This document shows, one piece after another, positions 1 to 11,431 of a stretch of 45,221 nt of DNA. Positions within the stretch are counted from its first letter, which is position 1, and every line of letters starts with the position of its first letter. The translations under genes were made by a program, and so were the position numbers. Location: assembly GCA_009602725.1 (NCBI GenBank), contig WELB01000008.1:582432-627652 (forward strand). Reading direction: 5' to 3'. Below the pieces are notes generated by a model that saw only the letters and a list, made by a program, of their open reading frames with translations, made no database searches and had not been told where the DNA came from. The stretch comes from Spirogloea muscicola. Lineage: Eukaryota.

Positions 1-116
1 CCCCGGAGCACGTAAACCCTAAACCCCCCCCCCCCCCCCCGCCCTCCTCCGCCTCTCGGGCCTCCTCCATGGCCGCTACTGGAAGCGCCTTGACTTCATG
101 AAAGAGAGGCAGAATG

Positions 117-330
117 GCTCCTGCAGCCGCGCCGGCAGCTGCTCCACCACGAAGGCAGGGGACGGCGAGGAGGGTGAGGCCCCCAGCCGGCGTCTGGCAG
201 CCCAAGGGCAGGCGCAGGTGGGCTGGCAGGCCCTGCGAGAGACCAGGCGCTGACAGGCCCATCGCTCCCAGCTGCACCTCGAGGGTGGCGAAGGCTGCCA
301 CGACGCCCTTTGGCGGTCCCACACCACAAC
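117..330 (-). mobile_element. Fragment of CRE-like non-LTR retrotransposon (end of RT region), inverted relative to the adjacent copy
   Basis: Reverse complement of ~340-530 with substitutions and indels; reads ...EVQLGA..GLSAWS..GLPAHLRLPLGCQTPAGGLTLL..PAFVVEQLPARL. Confidence 0.75.
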
Positions 331-334
331 GCCC

Positions 335-2110
335 GCGCTGTGCGGGACCGCCAGAGGGCGTCGCGGCAGCCTTCGCCACCCTCGAGGTGCAGCTGGGAGC
401 GCTCGGCCTGCCCTTGGGCTCGGCCTGCCCTTGGGCTGCCAGACGCCGGCTGGGGGCCTCACCCTCCTCGTCGTCCCCCTCGGCTCACCTGCCTTCGTGG
501 TGGAGCAGCTGCCGGCGCGGCTGCGGGAGCACCTCCGGCCGGCCGACCGCCTCCACTCGCTGCAGGACATGCAGCTGGCGACCGCTATGCTGACTCGGTG
601 CGTTGCGCAGCGGCCGCACTAACTGGCCCGCGCCCTCCCGCCCTCGCCAGCGGCGAAGGCGGCGTACGCAGCATTCGACACCGGCGTCCTGGCGTCAGCG
701 GCCACTGTCATTCAACAGCCCACGTTCCTCACCACACCAGCTGCGCTGCTGCAGGCTTGCCTGTCGGTCAGCCGCGGTGGCTTGGGCTGCCGCCCAGTTG
801 CCCGCGCCTGTGGGACGGCCTACCTGGGCAGCTGGGCTCAGGTTGCAGTCCCCCTTGAGCCAGCGCATCATCGTTCACGGTCATCGCGCCCTGGAGCGGG
901 CGGCAGCTGACATGGAGATAGGCGCGCTGCCCTTCCAGGCTGCCCTCCGCTCTGCCCGCGACGGGCTCCTGGCGGCTCACCCCGCTCTGTTGGAGCAGGT
1001 CGTGCCTTTCGTCCACCTCGCGCACACCCCCACCTGCGTGCCCAGGCACGCTACACAGCGCTGGTGGAGAAAGCGGCCTTCGGCAAGACGGCGGAGCTCC
1101 TTCCTCAGCACGACATACGAGAGCGCGCCCCCGGCTCCTGTCGGCGTCCTCTCCAGGGGCGGCGGCGTGGGTATCAGCGCTCCCGTTCTACGATGCACTC
1201 ACCATGCCCGACGCGGTCTTCTGGCGGTTCACCGGCTCCTGGGCCTCCTTCCTCCCTGCCTCGTCGGCGTTGTGCAATGCAAATGCGGAGCCCGCCACGC
1301 CAACGCTGCGGAGCTGGCTGCCCACATGCTCTGCTGTCCGGACGGAGGTGAGCGGACCAGCTCCCACGACCTCTTGCGGGACGCCATGCATGGCGTGTTC
1401 CTGGAGGCGGGCTATACCGTTGCGGTGGATAACTCTTCTGTCATGCCCATCCAGCTGGGCGCGGATGGTCAGCTCCACACCCGCCGCGCAGACCTGGTCG
1501 CCATCCGGCCCGGCGGGGGTCCCCGCATTTTTGCGGATGTGGTGACTACTGACTGCGTCGACTCCGCGAACCCCATTAAATGGGCGTCAACAGCAGGGCA
1601 GGCGGTCGGCACGGCGGCTTGCAGCAAGAGCGCAAATACGCGGATCACCTGGTTGGGGATGAATTCACGGCCCTTGCAATCGCCGTACACGGGGCCTACG
1701 GCAGTCGCTGGCTGGACCTCCTGCAGCGGCTTGCCCGGCAGGCCATTGATCGGTGAGCGGGTCAGCCAGGGGAGGTGCCGGGCTTCAATGCTGCCGGCTC
1801 GCTCGCTTAGGTCTTTCCCATGCGGCTCTCCGTCTCTCTTCAGCGCTCTCTGGCTCACGCATTCCACACGCGTGCCGGTCGCAATATGGCTGCTGCCTCA
1901 GGGTCTCGCCGGACTGCTTCTTTTCCTGCAGCGAGTTACTCAGACTTCTTGTTGCTTACTCTCGGGTACTGAGCTTCCGTCTGTATCGTCTCGTGTCTAG
2001 TTATGTAATCTAACTTCTCGGCACCACTTTTTTTTGGCTTTGGATATTGTCCATTCTTTTTGGGCTGGCTTGGCCAAACCCTCTTCTCTCAGGGCGCGCC
2101 ATTCTTCTTT
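335..2110 (+). mobile_element. Degenerate, 5'-truncated CRE-like non-LTR retrotransposon: RT C-terminal/thumb remnant, Zn knuckle, restriction-like endonuclease (RLE), 3' UTR
   Basis: GLTLLVVPLGSPAFV..DMQLATAMLTRC (post-RT region); CKCG..HMLCC..GGERTSSHDLLRD Zn knuckle; RRADLV..IFADVVTTD..KERKY..F.ALAI..G PD-(D/E)xK-like motif; frameshift near 1630 and internal stops; ORF end LLLTLGY* at 1970-1972. Confidence 0.85.
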
Positions 2111-2134
2111 CAGCGGAACGCAGTGGCTTTGATA

Positions 2135-2585
2135 CTCGGACTTCACTTGCGGCTGCCGACTCCCGGTTACTGAACTCCCATATGCTGTATATATCTGCAG
2201 ACAGTGGTAATAGCGCCCTTCAACCCTTATCTCTTTCCTTCAGGCTGGCCTCTCACAGCTACTGCGTTTTATTGGAAGAGCTGCTTCTCCAATATGGACC
2301 TTGTCCATGTTTTCTGGGCTAGCCACTCACAGCCATCGCCCTCTACTGGAAGTTACTTTCTCTTTCTGGGCTGGTTTTGAACAGCCCATGCGCCATTTGG
2401 ACGAGCTCACTCTCTCTTTGGTATAGAGAGTAAGCTGCGGCTGTCTGTCTCCTTCCAACGCTCCATGGCTCCCGCAGTGCACTTGCGGGCATTTCGCGCT
2501 GTAGCTGCTGCTTCTTGGTCTTGTCGGGGTGCCTCTATTCCAGCTGCAAATTACTCTGACTTGCGGCTGCCGACTCGGGGCGCCG
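2135..2585 (+). mobile_element. Two further short 3' fragments of the same retroelement family
   Basis: cttgcggctgccgactcccggttactga (~2146-2173) followed by a hairpin module near 2368-2387; AVAAASWSCRGASIPAANYSDLRLPTRG (~2497-2581) matches the family C-terminus. Confidence 0.7.
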
Positions 2586-3035
2586 AGCCTTTCGGCTACG
2601 GCGACGACGACGGCAGGCACGGCTCGTTACTGCTGCCCGGCTCCGTGGCCAGCACAATGACGTAAAGGGCCGGAGGAGACCAGGACCTCTCCCCCAAAGC
2701 AGGCCTGAATCTGCTACCATACCTTGCTCAACCGTAGACAGGCAGCCACCAACTCATCACCAGCTCAAAGAGCACACATGTGGTGCTCTTGGAGATCAGA
2801 AGGTGAGGAGTCAATGCCACATTCAAAAGCCTGTCAGCCACTCTTCATCACAAGCATAAAATATGATAAAGTCTGTCGTTGGCGTGGTAGTCTAGCTTAC
2901 AGTGGGGCATATGAGGTCCCTTGCACCTAAGAGGCCAGGCGCATCCATGGTAGGCCAGGGAAAGGGCGTGCAGGAGGCTGCCAAGAGCTGCTGCCGCCAT
3001 CGTAGTGCCATAATTTAGTATCAGAGTGCAACAAT

Positions 3036-6000
3036 TTAGTTAAGCGTGGGAGGAACCCAGATGTAGCCTTTGGTCTGGTTGTAGCCTTCCCGCTCAATAA
3101 GCGCCTGCGACTCCTCAGGGCCCCGACTCCCTGGCTTGTACTTAATTACGTCAAGTTCCCCTGCAGATGCACTTCCAAGTCGAGCATAAGCGACTGCCTC
3201 CAGAAGACCAAAGATATTTGTTGAAGCACAGGCATCATCCTCAATGATAGCAAGGCTCTCTGCAGATGTGTTGGTAGTCAAAGTCACCTTGATCCACCCT
3301 GTGGAGCAAGGGCGTGAAGATCTTCCACGCCTCCTGAAGCTCGTCGCGGCGCACAAAGTGCTGCTGGTCGCCTCGGACGCAGTCCAGCAGGAGGCGCTCG
3401 TAAGCTTCTGGAATGACAGCCCCGTGATACCTCTGCTTGTATGAGAGGTCCAGTTCACTCTGAGTGGCGGCCATATCAAGGCCTGGCTGCTTGACCTGGA
3501 CAAGTGGACAGAGATGAAGATGGTAAGACAAGTCGGAGGCAATTCTATGTCAGGTGAGCATGATTGCAAGAAGGGAAGTAATGCACGAGCGTCTGGCGAA
3601 GCGTTTTATGAGCTCCAGACCGTCAGCTTCATGTAGAGTGCCTCCGACGGTTGAAGGCGCATGACAAACTCATTGCGGCCCTGCTTCTTGCACTTGAAAA
3701 TGTCCCCTGGCACGTCACGAAATTGCACCCGGATTTCTGCTTTTCTAGAGTCCAAGGCCTTGCCGGCCTTAATAATGAATGGCACTCCTGTGCAGACGTG
3801 GCACATGTATCTCAATCGTGGCACGTGTGTCTCGAGCATAGTATGGCTCAGGCATTGAGGACAACAACACTAGAATTCACGGACACAACAAGAAGCACTA
3901 TTGAGTGCTGATGCACAGGGCTGAGACGCAATCCTTACCGTCCCATCGCTCGTTATTTATGCGTAATACAATGGTAGCAAATGTGGGTGTGCGAGAGTCA
4001 TCAGGAACAGTTTCATCATCGGTGTAACCCTCGTATTGACCTAGTACGACGTCATTGTCTTTAATCTCTTCAATGCATCTCAGGACCTATTTAAGACAAC
4101 CTCAAATAAACAGTACATCAGTATATCTCTTTGCAATGTTGGCAAGCAACCTGCCTAAGCGTGAAACTGCAGGCTCCAGAACATCATGGTCTCTGACCAC
4201 AGAGACTCTTATCATGTCAATGCACCGATTGTACAAGGAGTTTGCGCAAATGACTCGAATAGATGTATGTCAGGCACCAGATATCACTGAAGTATTAGCA
4301 ATCACGTCATACATACCCGCACTTTCTCATCACGGACATCCTCTGGTCCCATAGATACAGGCTTTTCCATGGCTACAAGGCAAAGGACTTGCAGAAGGTG
4401 ATTCTGGATGATATCACGAATGATTCCATACTCGTCAAAGTAACCTCCTCTGCCCTCCGTGCCAAAATCTTCCTTGAATGTAATCTGGATATTAGCAATA
4501 TTCTCGTTGTTCCATAAAGGCAAGAAAAATCGGTTTGCAAAGCGCATCACCAGCTGCATACCAGTTGCAAAAACTCACATATCACTAACAAGCAGCACCC
4601 TTGAGCACCCAGCTTCACCAGATCCAAAAGTTCCACTATGCTCTATGCCTGACAAGTCTCGCAACATATGGACCATAACACCCTGACGTTGCTACTGACA
4701 GGCACAGGTGACATGTCTCACCACAGGGATAAGTCAAAAGCTCTTGAAATCAGCGACTGTGCTTCACTATGCTTCACTGTGCTTCACTGATATGCCTCAT
4801 GCAGTGCATTGCTAATGTCCAAGCAGGCTGAGAGACAATGCATGTACCAGGTTCTGCACCAGCTCCTTGCCAAGGTAATGGTCAATCCTGAAGAGCTGGT
4901 CCTCATTGAATAGCTCCCCTAGCTCATTAGCAAGGTCCTCAGATGACTGCAAGTCTTTTCCAAACGGCTTCTCTAATATAACCCTACTCCAGCCTCCTGC
5001 AACCACACGGTGAGGCGCACATTCAAACTTTGCAACGTTTGAGTGCATTGTCTGATCAAATGAAATCAAAAGAAATAAAAACACCCCAATGCTTGACTAT
5101 ATCAACAATGCCCCCTCAAGAAAGAGAGTACCCCTCCCCACCGCGTCTCACTTGCTTACTATTGTTCATGCAGGTCTGCTGAATCATCTTGGCTGCTACA
5201 GGGTAGACAGATGGAGGCAGAGCCATATAGAAGAGGCGCCTTGTGGGACCCTGTTCGCCGCATTTGCTATTCTCGTGGCCTTGCACTTCTTTATCCAACT
5301 TCTCATACCCTTCTGGGGTATCATATGACCCAGCAACATATGTAACCTGACACACTCGACAACCTCAGAGTGTAAAGCCCTTGGCCTGGATTTGCTCCTC
5401 TCTAGGAACGCAGTGCTTTGAGGACATTGGCAAATGTTCAGGCGTCCTACGAGCTCATCCTGGCCAACAGCAGTGCTTGCAGGTAGAGCTGTCAAATTTT
5501 CATGCAGCAGATACACCAACTTACCAAGTTGAGAAACTCTGCAATGTCAGACTGATCTCCCTTCAGGTGCCTGCTCATTACCACGGCCATCCCCAACGTC
5601 ATGTGGTAATATCATCTTCAGTACCCCAAAGAAGTGGGACTTATCACAGAACAGAATAACGTGCCCAACAGTCAAGGAGCACTGAAAACAGGTGTGACAT
5701 GCTCTTCTGAGCCCTGAACATAACAGCAGCATTGACAGGTGAATTTCACATAAATACTTGTGACTAGGCGCAAAGTAAATGCGACAACGAGTACCAGCTT
5801 CCCGGCTCAACACTAGCACACAACATCTACTTACCCCTTCAATTTCTCTCTGAGGTCCATATCAGATAATTTTGAACGAGCATAACCGAAGACGTGAATC
5901 TGCTCAGCTCGCAAGAAGCCCTGCAGGTCATAGCAAACTTCTTAGCAAGTGTTGCTTGTTGAGAACTTTCTGTACCAGCACTCTATGATTCTCAGTGAGT

Positions 6001-6686
6001 GCTACTCGGCGCCCGACAAGTAGCACAAATGTTGACTCTTGGCTTCCTCTGAAGGCTTTCAAGTTGCTGTACTCATGTACAAGAAGCAGGAGAGCCACCT
6101 GGCGGAATAGGTTGTACAGTGCCGGAAAGGTCTTCTTCTTTGCCAAATCACCAGAAGCCCCCAAAACCACAACAGACAGGCAGCCTCCCTGTATTGAAGT
6201 AGCTCAAGCAGGCATGAGAAGTCAATACTTTATCCATTATGAAGTGCAATCTGTTGGTGACGAGGCCTTCGCACTGAAATTGGACTGCAAGCCGTTTTGC
6301 TTTTGTATTGCCGGTTGCTGGAGAAGAATTGAAACACTCCAAGTATGCTGTCTAATGCCAGTTGCTGGCAAGTGATAGCAGCACTCCATCAATGACATTT
6401 GCACTTGCACTTGCCAATTGTTTGTGCCAAGGATAGGGATCACCGGTTCAGCTGCACGCACATGCAGGCACGACCGATGCTACTGGCCACGAGGTAAACG
6501 AGGCTCTTCTCAAGGTCTGCACGCACAAGGGGGGCCTGCTCAGCTGCTGACCTGCGTCGTCTTCTCGTGGCCGCGGTTGTCCCCGTGGGGCAGATTGTCG
6601 AACGGCAGCGACGGCGCGACCTCCTCAGCGGATTTCGGCGCCGGCTCGGCCTGCTGCTCCTTCGGCGGCGCCGTCGCGGCGGCCAT
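3036..6686 (-). CDS. G6PD: Glucose-6-phosphate 1-dehydrogenase, cytosolic type (multi-exon)
   Basis: Exons encode [19 protein letters not shown] (~6100-6190), GYARS (~5880), [10 protein letters not shown] (~5220), [24 protein letters not shown] (~4849-4997), [56 protein letters not shown], and C-terminal [14 protein letters not shown] junctions; ATG at 6686 is inferred. Confidence 0.96.
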
Positions 6687-6783
6687 GGCCGGACCGCCGG
6701 CGAGCAGGCCCTCGGCTCCCTTGCTCAGCCCCGCGGCGCACAATAGGCACAAATCTTGCAGTAGCGAGCCGTGAAGGCTCTTC

Positions 6784-6790
6784 GGCGGCT

Positions 6791-6829
<39 letters not shown>

Positions 6830-6848
6830 GCGGCGGCGGCGGCGGCGG
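6784..6848 (+). repeat. (GGC/GAC)n trinucleotide microsatellite in the G6PD 5' region
   Basis: About 20 consecutive ggc/gac units visible. Confidence 0.9.
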
Positions 6849-7209
6849 TTGAGGCGCCGCAAAAGGCGGCGGCGAAGGCGGCGCGGCCCTCGAAGCCGAC
6901 TGGCTGCTGAAGTGGCGACTGATAGAAAGCGGCCAGCTCTACTCAAAGCGGCTCGGCCCCGGGGGGGCGGCGCAAAATCTGTGGGTTAATGCAGTTGCCG
7001 CGAGCACCACTGTGAAGTGCTTACTGGGAGGGTGGCCAAATCACGTCATCACGACCCCGCGACTGCCGCTTTAGTCCACTTGTTCCCTTCCTCCAGTCGG
7101 CAGAGCCTCGAGCTCGAGACGGCCGGGTGGCGAGCCGACGTCAGCGCTAGACGGCTGGCGACGGCAACGCCGCCGAAGAGAGAAGGCGCGCGGGGCGCAT
7201 GAAATATAG

Positions 7210-8098
7210 GGAGGCCAATTCAAGCCAATACATTGTTCAGGCAGTCTAGTGCAAACTAAACGAGGCTACATAATTCGGAGACCTAAACTAAGGTGCCTAA
7301 GGTGACATTAGTACCCACGGGTGAGCACAAACAAAGCTGACAAGCTAACTTGGGGAGCTGGAGCACCGCCACGAAAGCCGGAGGCCTGACTTAGAGCGCG
7401 CCCTGCACGTCGATGAAGGGCCAATGCTTGGACGAGCGCTGCAACCTAAGCGAGAGCCGCATTCTATAACATACAACTATGGCCTGTGGAATGCTGGAGT
7501 GGCCCAAGCTGCCCCCCCGACTTTAACGACGTGCATCAACCAGCCAGATGCTGGATCAGGCAGGACCATGTTACGCCGTAGCATCCGTAGATATTCATGG
7601 CACACGGATAAAGATGTCCCCTCGGGGATGGTCCTGGTAGTGCCGCTCCTTCTTGCGCTCCGCGCTGGACGTGGCCCAGCCAGACACGGTTGACGTGGGT
7701 GCTCCAGCCTTGCATGCGTCGATCAGTACCACGTCCAGGAGCAGACGAGGCCCACCGCCCCGGGGGGTGGCGACCACGTCCAGACGCCGCATGCATGGCT
7801 TGCCGCGCCTTGAGGAGGTTGGCATGATGCCGGACACCTTCATTGCCAGATGATACTCCGCCTCTCGCACAATCCCAAACATAGTATCCCTGAGTAAGTC
7901 GTGGAAGGCAATGCGCTCACCCCCCTCAACGCACCTCAGCATGTGCGCAGCTAGCGCAAGCTTGTCATCGGCAATGTGGTCACACTCGCATTGGCGGATG
8001 CCAGCCAAGTAAGGGGGGGGGAAGGCCCAGGTGGTTATGGAGCTCTGTACGAAAAAAGTTGTCTGAGAGCCTAAGGGACTCGTATATCGGCAGAGCAT
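7210..8098 (-). mobile_element. 5'-truncated RLE retrotransposon copy with 3' UTR
   Basis: CECDH..HMLRCVEGGERIAFHDLLRD; RRLDVV..LLLDVVLID..KKERHY; frameshifted continuation RAGRALSQASGFRGG..LFVLTRGY* (stop ~7308); 3' UTR also present at 34330-34480 and 25285-25335. Confidence 0.85.
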
Positions 8099-8104
8099 TC
8101 AACC

Positions 8105-8410
8105 ACTCGGACGCAAAGGGGCCAAACTAGGAAGGGGCCATAAGCGCTATGTCAGACTGGGGGAGGATGGGCCACTCAATAGCTACGAGTGAGGAGCCTC
8201 AGATCCGAAAGACTGGATGGCGGAAAGCAATCCCCCTGACGAAAGCCAGAGGCCGCAGCAAGAGCACGGCAAGGACGCAGGTGTAAGGCGTGGGCCATGG
8301 ACGGCTGAAGGGAAATGGAGAGTCGCATGCAGACGGGGGGGCAATGGCTGTGAAAGGCGAGCCCACAGTAACCTGGACGTCGTCTACAGTGCACTGACTG
8401 CCTTTCCATG
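8105..8410 (-). mobile_element. Short 3' fragment of RLE retrotransposon
   Basis: RLSISLQPSMAHALHLR..RALAAASGFRQGDCFPPSSLSDLRLLTRSY* plus a 3' UTR similar to 24827-24900. Confidence 0.85.
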
Positions 8411-8429
8411 ACCTCTCCGTAAGCGCTAG

Positions 8430-8825
8430 CTCAGAATAGGGGCAGGATGAACCACTTAGTAACTATGAGTAAGGAGCCTCAAATCCGACAGACTAGCTGC
8501 CGGAAACAATCCCCCTGACGAAAGCCAAAGGCTGCAGCGAGAGCTTGGCCAGCACGCAAGTGCAAGGCGTGGGCCGTGGACCGCTGAAGGGAGATGGACA
8601 GGCTCATGCGGTAGACCTGGGCCAACGAGCCAGCAGCGTTGAAGTCAGCCTGCTCACCTCGCCTGCGGGACACAGCGCGCCGCGCAAGCCTGGCTAGCAG
8701 GTCGAGCCACTGAAACCTGAGAGCCCCGTGCACATCCACGGCCAGGAGTACGAACTCATCCCCAGTTGGTGGTCTGCATGATTTGCCGCCTTGTTGCGAG
8801 CGGCGCCACTTTCTCCGTAGCTCAC
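8430..8825 (-). mobile_element. 3' fragment of RLE retrotransposon
   Basis: GDEFVLLAVDVHGA..WLDLLARLARRA..FNAAGSLA..SISLQRSTAHALHLRAGQALAAA; ends ..LLTHSY* near 8457. Confidence 0.85.
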
Positions 8826-9019
8826 TTCTTTCAGTGGCCTCTTGAACAGCTGTGTGGTTGTGCACTTCCCGGCCCCATTAGACTTCTTGGTCCTATTTGG
8901 CCTGGCCTTTCACAATCATTGCCCCCTTCTGATCGAGATTTCCATTCAACTTTGCCTTTGCGAGCACTTTTTCTTGCAAAGATAGCATGTTGGCTCGGCG
9001 TCAAGAAAAGACTGGCAAT

Positions 9020-9285
9020 TGCCTTACATTAGCCCACACCTTGCATGTGCGTGCTGGCCGTGCTCTCGCTGCAGCCTCTGGCTTTCGTCAGGGGGATAGT
9101 TTTCCGGCAGCTAGTCTGTCGGATATGAGGCTCCTTACTCGTGGCTACTGTGGTCCATCCTCAACCCATTCTACAATGGCGCACTTTCGGCCCCTCCGTC
9201 ATCTGGCCCCTTCAAGCCTTTGTCAATTCTTTCGGGCTGGCTTTTTACAGCCCTTGCCCCCATTGGAGAGCCACTTCCACATTCG
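9020..9285 (+). mobile_element. Short 3' fragment of RLE retrotransposon with 3' hairpin
   Basis: AHTLHVRAGRALAAASGFRQGDSFPAASLSDMRLLTRGY; hairpin gggctgg-ctttt-tacagccc at 9234-9253. Confidence 0.85.
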
Positions 9286-9334
9286 AAAAGCTATTTCTCC
9301 CTTCATCTCGGGCTGGCCTCTCATATTCGCCCCC

Positions 9335-9915
9335 TTTTTGAAGTCGCACCCTGGACATTGTAGGCATACAACCTGGCGGAGGCCAACGAGCCTTGGTGGA
9401 TGTGGAGGTGACCGAGGCATACAAGAATTCCGCTTCCACACACATTGCTGGCCACGCAGTGGGAGGTGCTGAGCAGAGAAAGCTCCGACACTACTCTGAC
9501 TACCCCCGCAGCGACCACCTTCTCCCGGCCGCAATCGACACTTTCGGCTGCTTGGGTCCTCGCTTCCATACCCTACTTGAAAACAGAGCGAGTCTGGGAT
9601 ATGCACGACGCGAGGATATGCTTCCAGCCCAGATGGGTATGCCGGCAGCCTATCTGTCATTTTTGCGACGGCGAGTGTCAGCTTGTCTGCAACGAGCTCA
9701 GGCTCATGCGTTGCATCAGAAAGCTGGTCGAGCCTTGGCTGGTAGTTCAAGAGCTTGTCGATTGCCGTCCGTTATTCGAGCATCAGTTAGCGACCTCTAT
9801 GTGCTGACTCATGGTTACTGAGCGGGTCAGCTTAGCAGCAGGTGACGTACATTTGTCAATGTGCTTGCCTTTGTACTTGGCTACACATGGCCTCCCCATC
9901 TCTTAATACACACGT
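9335..9915 (+). mobile_element. RLE retrotransposon 3' fragment, second subfamily
   Basis: DIVGIQPGGGQRALVDVEVTE..AEQRKLRHY..LLPAAIDTFGCLG..RVSACLQRAQAHAL..DLYVLTHGY* (9821); 3' UTR ends near ttaatacac. Confidence 0.85.
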
Positions 9916-10113
9916 TTTCCTTCTTTTTGAAGAGCTAAATGCTCCTAAGGAGAAGAGCATCAATAAAAGCGGTCAGTATAGCGGCTGCAGGGAGCGGCTG
10001 CCGGATGCGCTATGGTATATATACATAAGACCACTCGAGCGACAGGATTCTTCTCAGCAAAGTCATTCAATGACTGCTAAGGAAATACAAAAAAAACCCC
10101 AAGGACAAAGCCT

Positions 10114-10151
10114 TCACTAGTAGCTCAGCGGGTAGAGCAAATGGCTGTTAC
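10114..10151 (+). tRNA. tRNA-Asn(GTT) 5' half only (5' exon or pseudogene)
   Basis: tcactag-ta-gctcagcgggtagagc-a-aatgg-ct-gtt-ac: D-arm GCTC/GAGC and anticodon GTT at 10147-10149; no T-arm (GTTCRA) found downstream. Confidence 0.6.
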
Positions 10152-10603
10152 TTGCGCTGAATCAGTCGATCGATGATGTAGTAAATATCACTAACCATGT
10201 TGATCATTGAATATACGTAACACAGCACCTTACCACAGTGATTTTCTGATTTAGCGCGATCAGCAAGATTCATTATGGCGTTGTCGCTTTACCGCGTAGC
10301 CGGGATAGCATGAAGAAAGGAAAAAAAACAAAAAAAAAAGCGGCAAAGTGGCAAACTGCAGTCAGATGCATACAGGTGTTCATGACGGAAAAAGAAAGGC
10401 AGGGGAGGCCAGCGACACACCAGGTAACGTCAAAGCCGGACCCCGCCGGCTGCGTGTGCTGATTCCCGCGCCTCCCGCTCAGCCGATGGGCGAGCCTTTC
10501 TTCCCGGCGGCGCCACGAGACAAAAGACAGACAAAAGACACGAGACAGAGGCGGCCGGGCTGGCGGGAGAAGGCGGAGTTCCCCCCCTCTAGTAGAAGAA
10601 TTT

Positions 10604-11240
10604 TTGACATTTTGGGCATGCAACCTGGTGGAGGACCACGGGCCCTGGTCGACGTTGTTGTTACGGAGGCATATAAAGGCCCAGCATCAACACACATTGC
10701 GGCACGCAGTGGGCGGAGCAGAGCAAAGAAAACTGCGGCATTACTCCGATTACCCCCAATGCGATCAACTCCTGCCAGCTGCAATCGACATCTTTGGCTG
10801 TCTGGGTCCTCGCTTCCACACTCTGCTTCAAAACATTGCCAATCTAGGCTACACTCGACGTGCAGATGTGTTTCCGGCTGAGATGGGCTTGCCAGCTGCT
10901 TATCTGTCGCTCTTGCGACGACGGGTTTCGGCCTGTTTGCAGCGTGCTCAGGCTAGTGCCTTGCACCAGAAAGCTGGGCGAGCTCTAGTAGGTGGCAGAA
11001 GGGCTCCGTTCCTGGCATCTAGTATTCATGCATCGAGTAGTGACCTTTATGTTTTGACCCGTGGTTATTGAGCGGGTCAATCTGCTGTAGGTTATGTAGA
11101 TTTTTAGATGTGCTTGCCTTTGTACCTGGCCATTTGGCCTACATTTCTTTCTAATACACGGTCTCCCCCTTCTCGTCCTTCGTTGATTTTTTTTGGGCTG
11201 GCTTTTCCAGCCCCTATTCTCAATGGGCGAGCACTTTGTT
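10604..11240 (+). mobile_element. RLE retrotransposon 3' fragment, second subfamily, with downstream hairpin module
   Basis: DILGMQPGGGPRALVDVVVTE..AEQRKLRHY..RVSACLQRAQASAL..DLYVLTRGY* (11071); homologous to 9335-9915; perfect stem gggctgg-ctttt-ccagccc at 11195-11213. Confidence 0.85.
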
Positions 11241-11431
11241 CTTCCTCCCCCTCAGCTCATCTGAGATCCGCGGCCGATCCCCCCGTCCAGCATCGCCACC
11301 TTAGCATAGGGGCTTCGTTGCATGTATCGCCACGTCCTCCTTTGTAGTGTAGTCCTTTTCCGGCACTTTTATCTGCGGCTTTGGACATTGTCCATTCTTT
11401 TTGGGTTGGCTTTGCCAGCCCCACTTCTCTT

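Noticed and set aside
13..40. True telomere at the window start
   Set aside because: Only two repeat units followed by poly-C; similar short motifs occur internally.
603..2000. Intact 465-aa protein or active retroelement
   Set aside because: The ORF is a mosaic of frames; the RT catalytic core is absent and the RLE frame has a frameshift and stops.
4758..4790. Short tandem duplications (also ~31893-31920, ~32924-32951, ~35397-35426, ~36608-36647)
   Set aside because: Ordinary 10-20 bp slippage duplications in non-coding DNA.
6725..6989. Protamine-like poly-Arg ORFs
   Set aside because: Translations of the GGC microsatellite in the G6PD leader.
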